64,000 bases of DNA, from assembly GCA_035464675.1 (NCBI GenBank), contig DATHSA010000033.1:1403-65402 (forward strand). The letters run 5' to 3'. Made by a program: the position numbers and the translations under genes. Numbering within the stretch: position 1 is the stretch's first letter; the number at the start of each line of letters is the position of its first letter. Source of the stretch: Acidimicrobiia bacterium. Its GTDB lineage: Bacteria; Actinomycetota; Acidimicrobiia; Spongiisociales; UBA11373. Shown here one piece after another: positions 63,674 through 64,000 of the stretch. Below the pieces are notes generated by a model. That model made no database searches and was not told the origin of the DNA. It saw nothing but the letters and a program-made list of their open reading frames with translations.

Positions 63674-64000
63674 TCAGGGCCGCCTTTGACCGAAGACGAC
63701 CTCGTTCAAGAGGTCGGGACGATCCGTGATGATTCCATCGACCTCCATGTCGAGCAGCGTCCTCATCCGATCAGGATCGTTCACCGTCCACACGTGGACC
63801 TGCTTGCCCGCGGAGTGTGCCGAATCGACCAGGCGCCGTGAGGCGACGCGGCGCGGGATCTGAAGAGCGTCTGCACTCCCACCGATCGGAAGGCGCAACC
63901 TGCAGGCGGCGACCGCCCTGGTGATCTCCCTGGGTCCGGCCGACACGGCCACCCGCCCGTGGGTCAATCGGCGGAAGGCTCCGATGCGCCAGTCACGGAA
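63674..64000 (-). CDS. Glycerophosphodiester phosphodiesterase family protein; C-terminal part only (5' end outside the window)
   Basis: KQVHVWTVNDPDRMRTLLDMEVDGIITDRPDLL is the typical GDPD C-terminus. The reading frame stays open to the window edge. Confidence 0.7.
   Translation of the reverse strand, partial: FRDWRIGAFRRLTHGRVAVSAGPREITRAVAACRLRLPIGGSADALQIPRRVASRRLVDSAHSAGKQVHVWTVNDPDRMRTLLDMEVDGIITDRPDLLNEVVFGQRRP

Overview
High-GC (roughly 70%) actinobacterial chromosomal segment. It is densely coding: about 70 CDS and one tRNA-Thr(CGU). I found no rRNA, no CRISPR array, and no transposase, integrase or phage genes. All product names come from motif recognition by eye; no database search was possible.

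Gene order reproduces two conserved actinobacterial housekeeping blocks that I recall from Mycobacterium tuberculosis. The first is clpC1 ... lysS-coaX-panC-DUF2520-folK-folP-ftsH-hpt-tilS-DUF2342. The second is holB/tmk-topA ... DEXH helicase with the Tad/Flp 'helicase/secretion neighbourhood' and a HAD hydrolase. These blocks are interrupted by accessory genes:
- a BMP-type nucleoside ABC importer
- an HmuTUV-like importer headed by an unknown membrane protein
- sigH-rshA
- CopB plus a cytochrome c
- an ion-homeostasis cluster (hppA, trkHA, nhaA, a P2-type ATPase)
- a sucrose-phosphate-synthase-like glycosyltransferase with a phosphatase
- an ArsR-MFS pair

Most unusual signals:
1. A family of intergenic 7-nt tandem arrays, (GTYNCCC)n followed by (GGGNRAC)n, at nine loci. 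Several sit directly against start codons, stop codons or promoters, and several have G-quadruplex-type spacing.
2. A catalytically dead PTP/DSP-fold protein in the slot where folB normally lies. It is translationally coupled to folP and folK.
3. Two conserved enzymes (FolK and a HAD-IIB phosphatase) whose essential N-terminal motifs have no canonical start codon upstream.
4. A recurrent TANNNT-N7-ATG leaderless promoter layout.
5. A SigH/SigR-type promoter for msrA whose -35 element is the last unit of a heptamer array.

Many long ORFs in the supplied track are antisense or out-of-frame artefacts of high GC content and were rejected.
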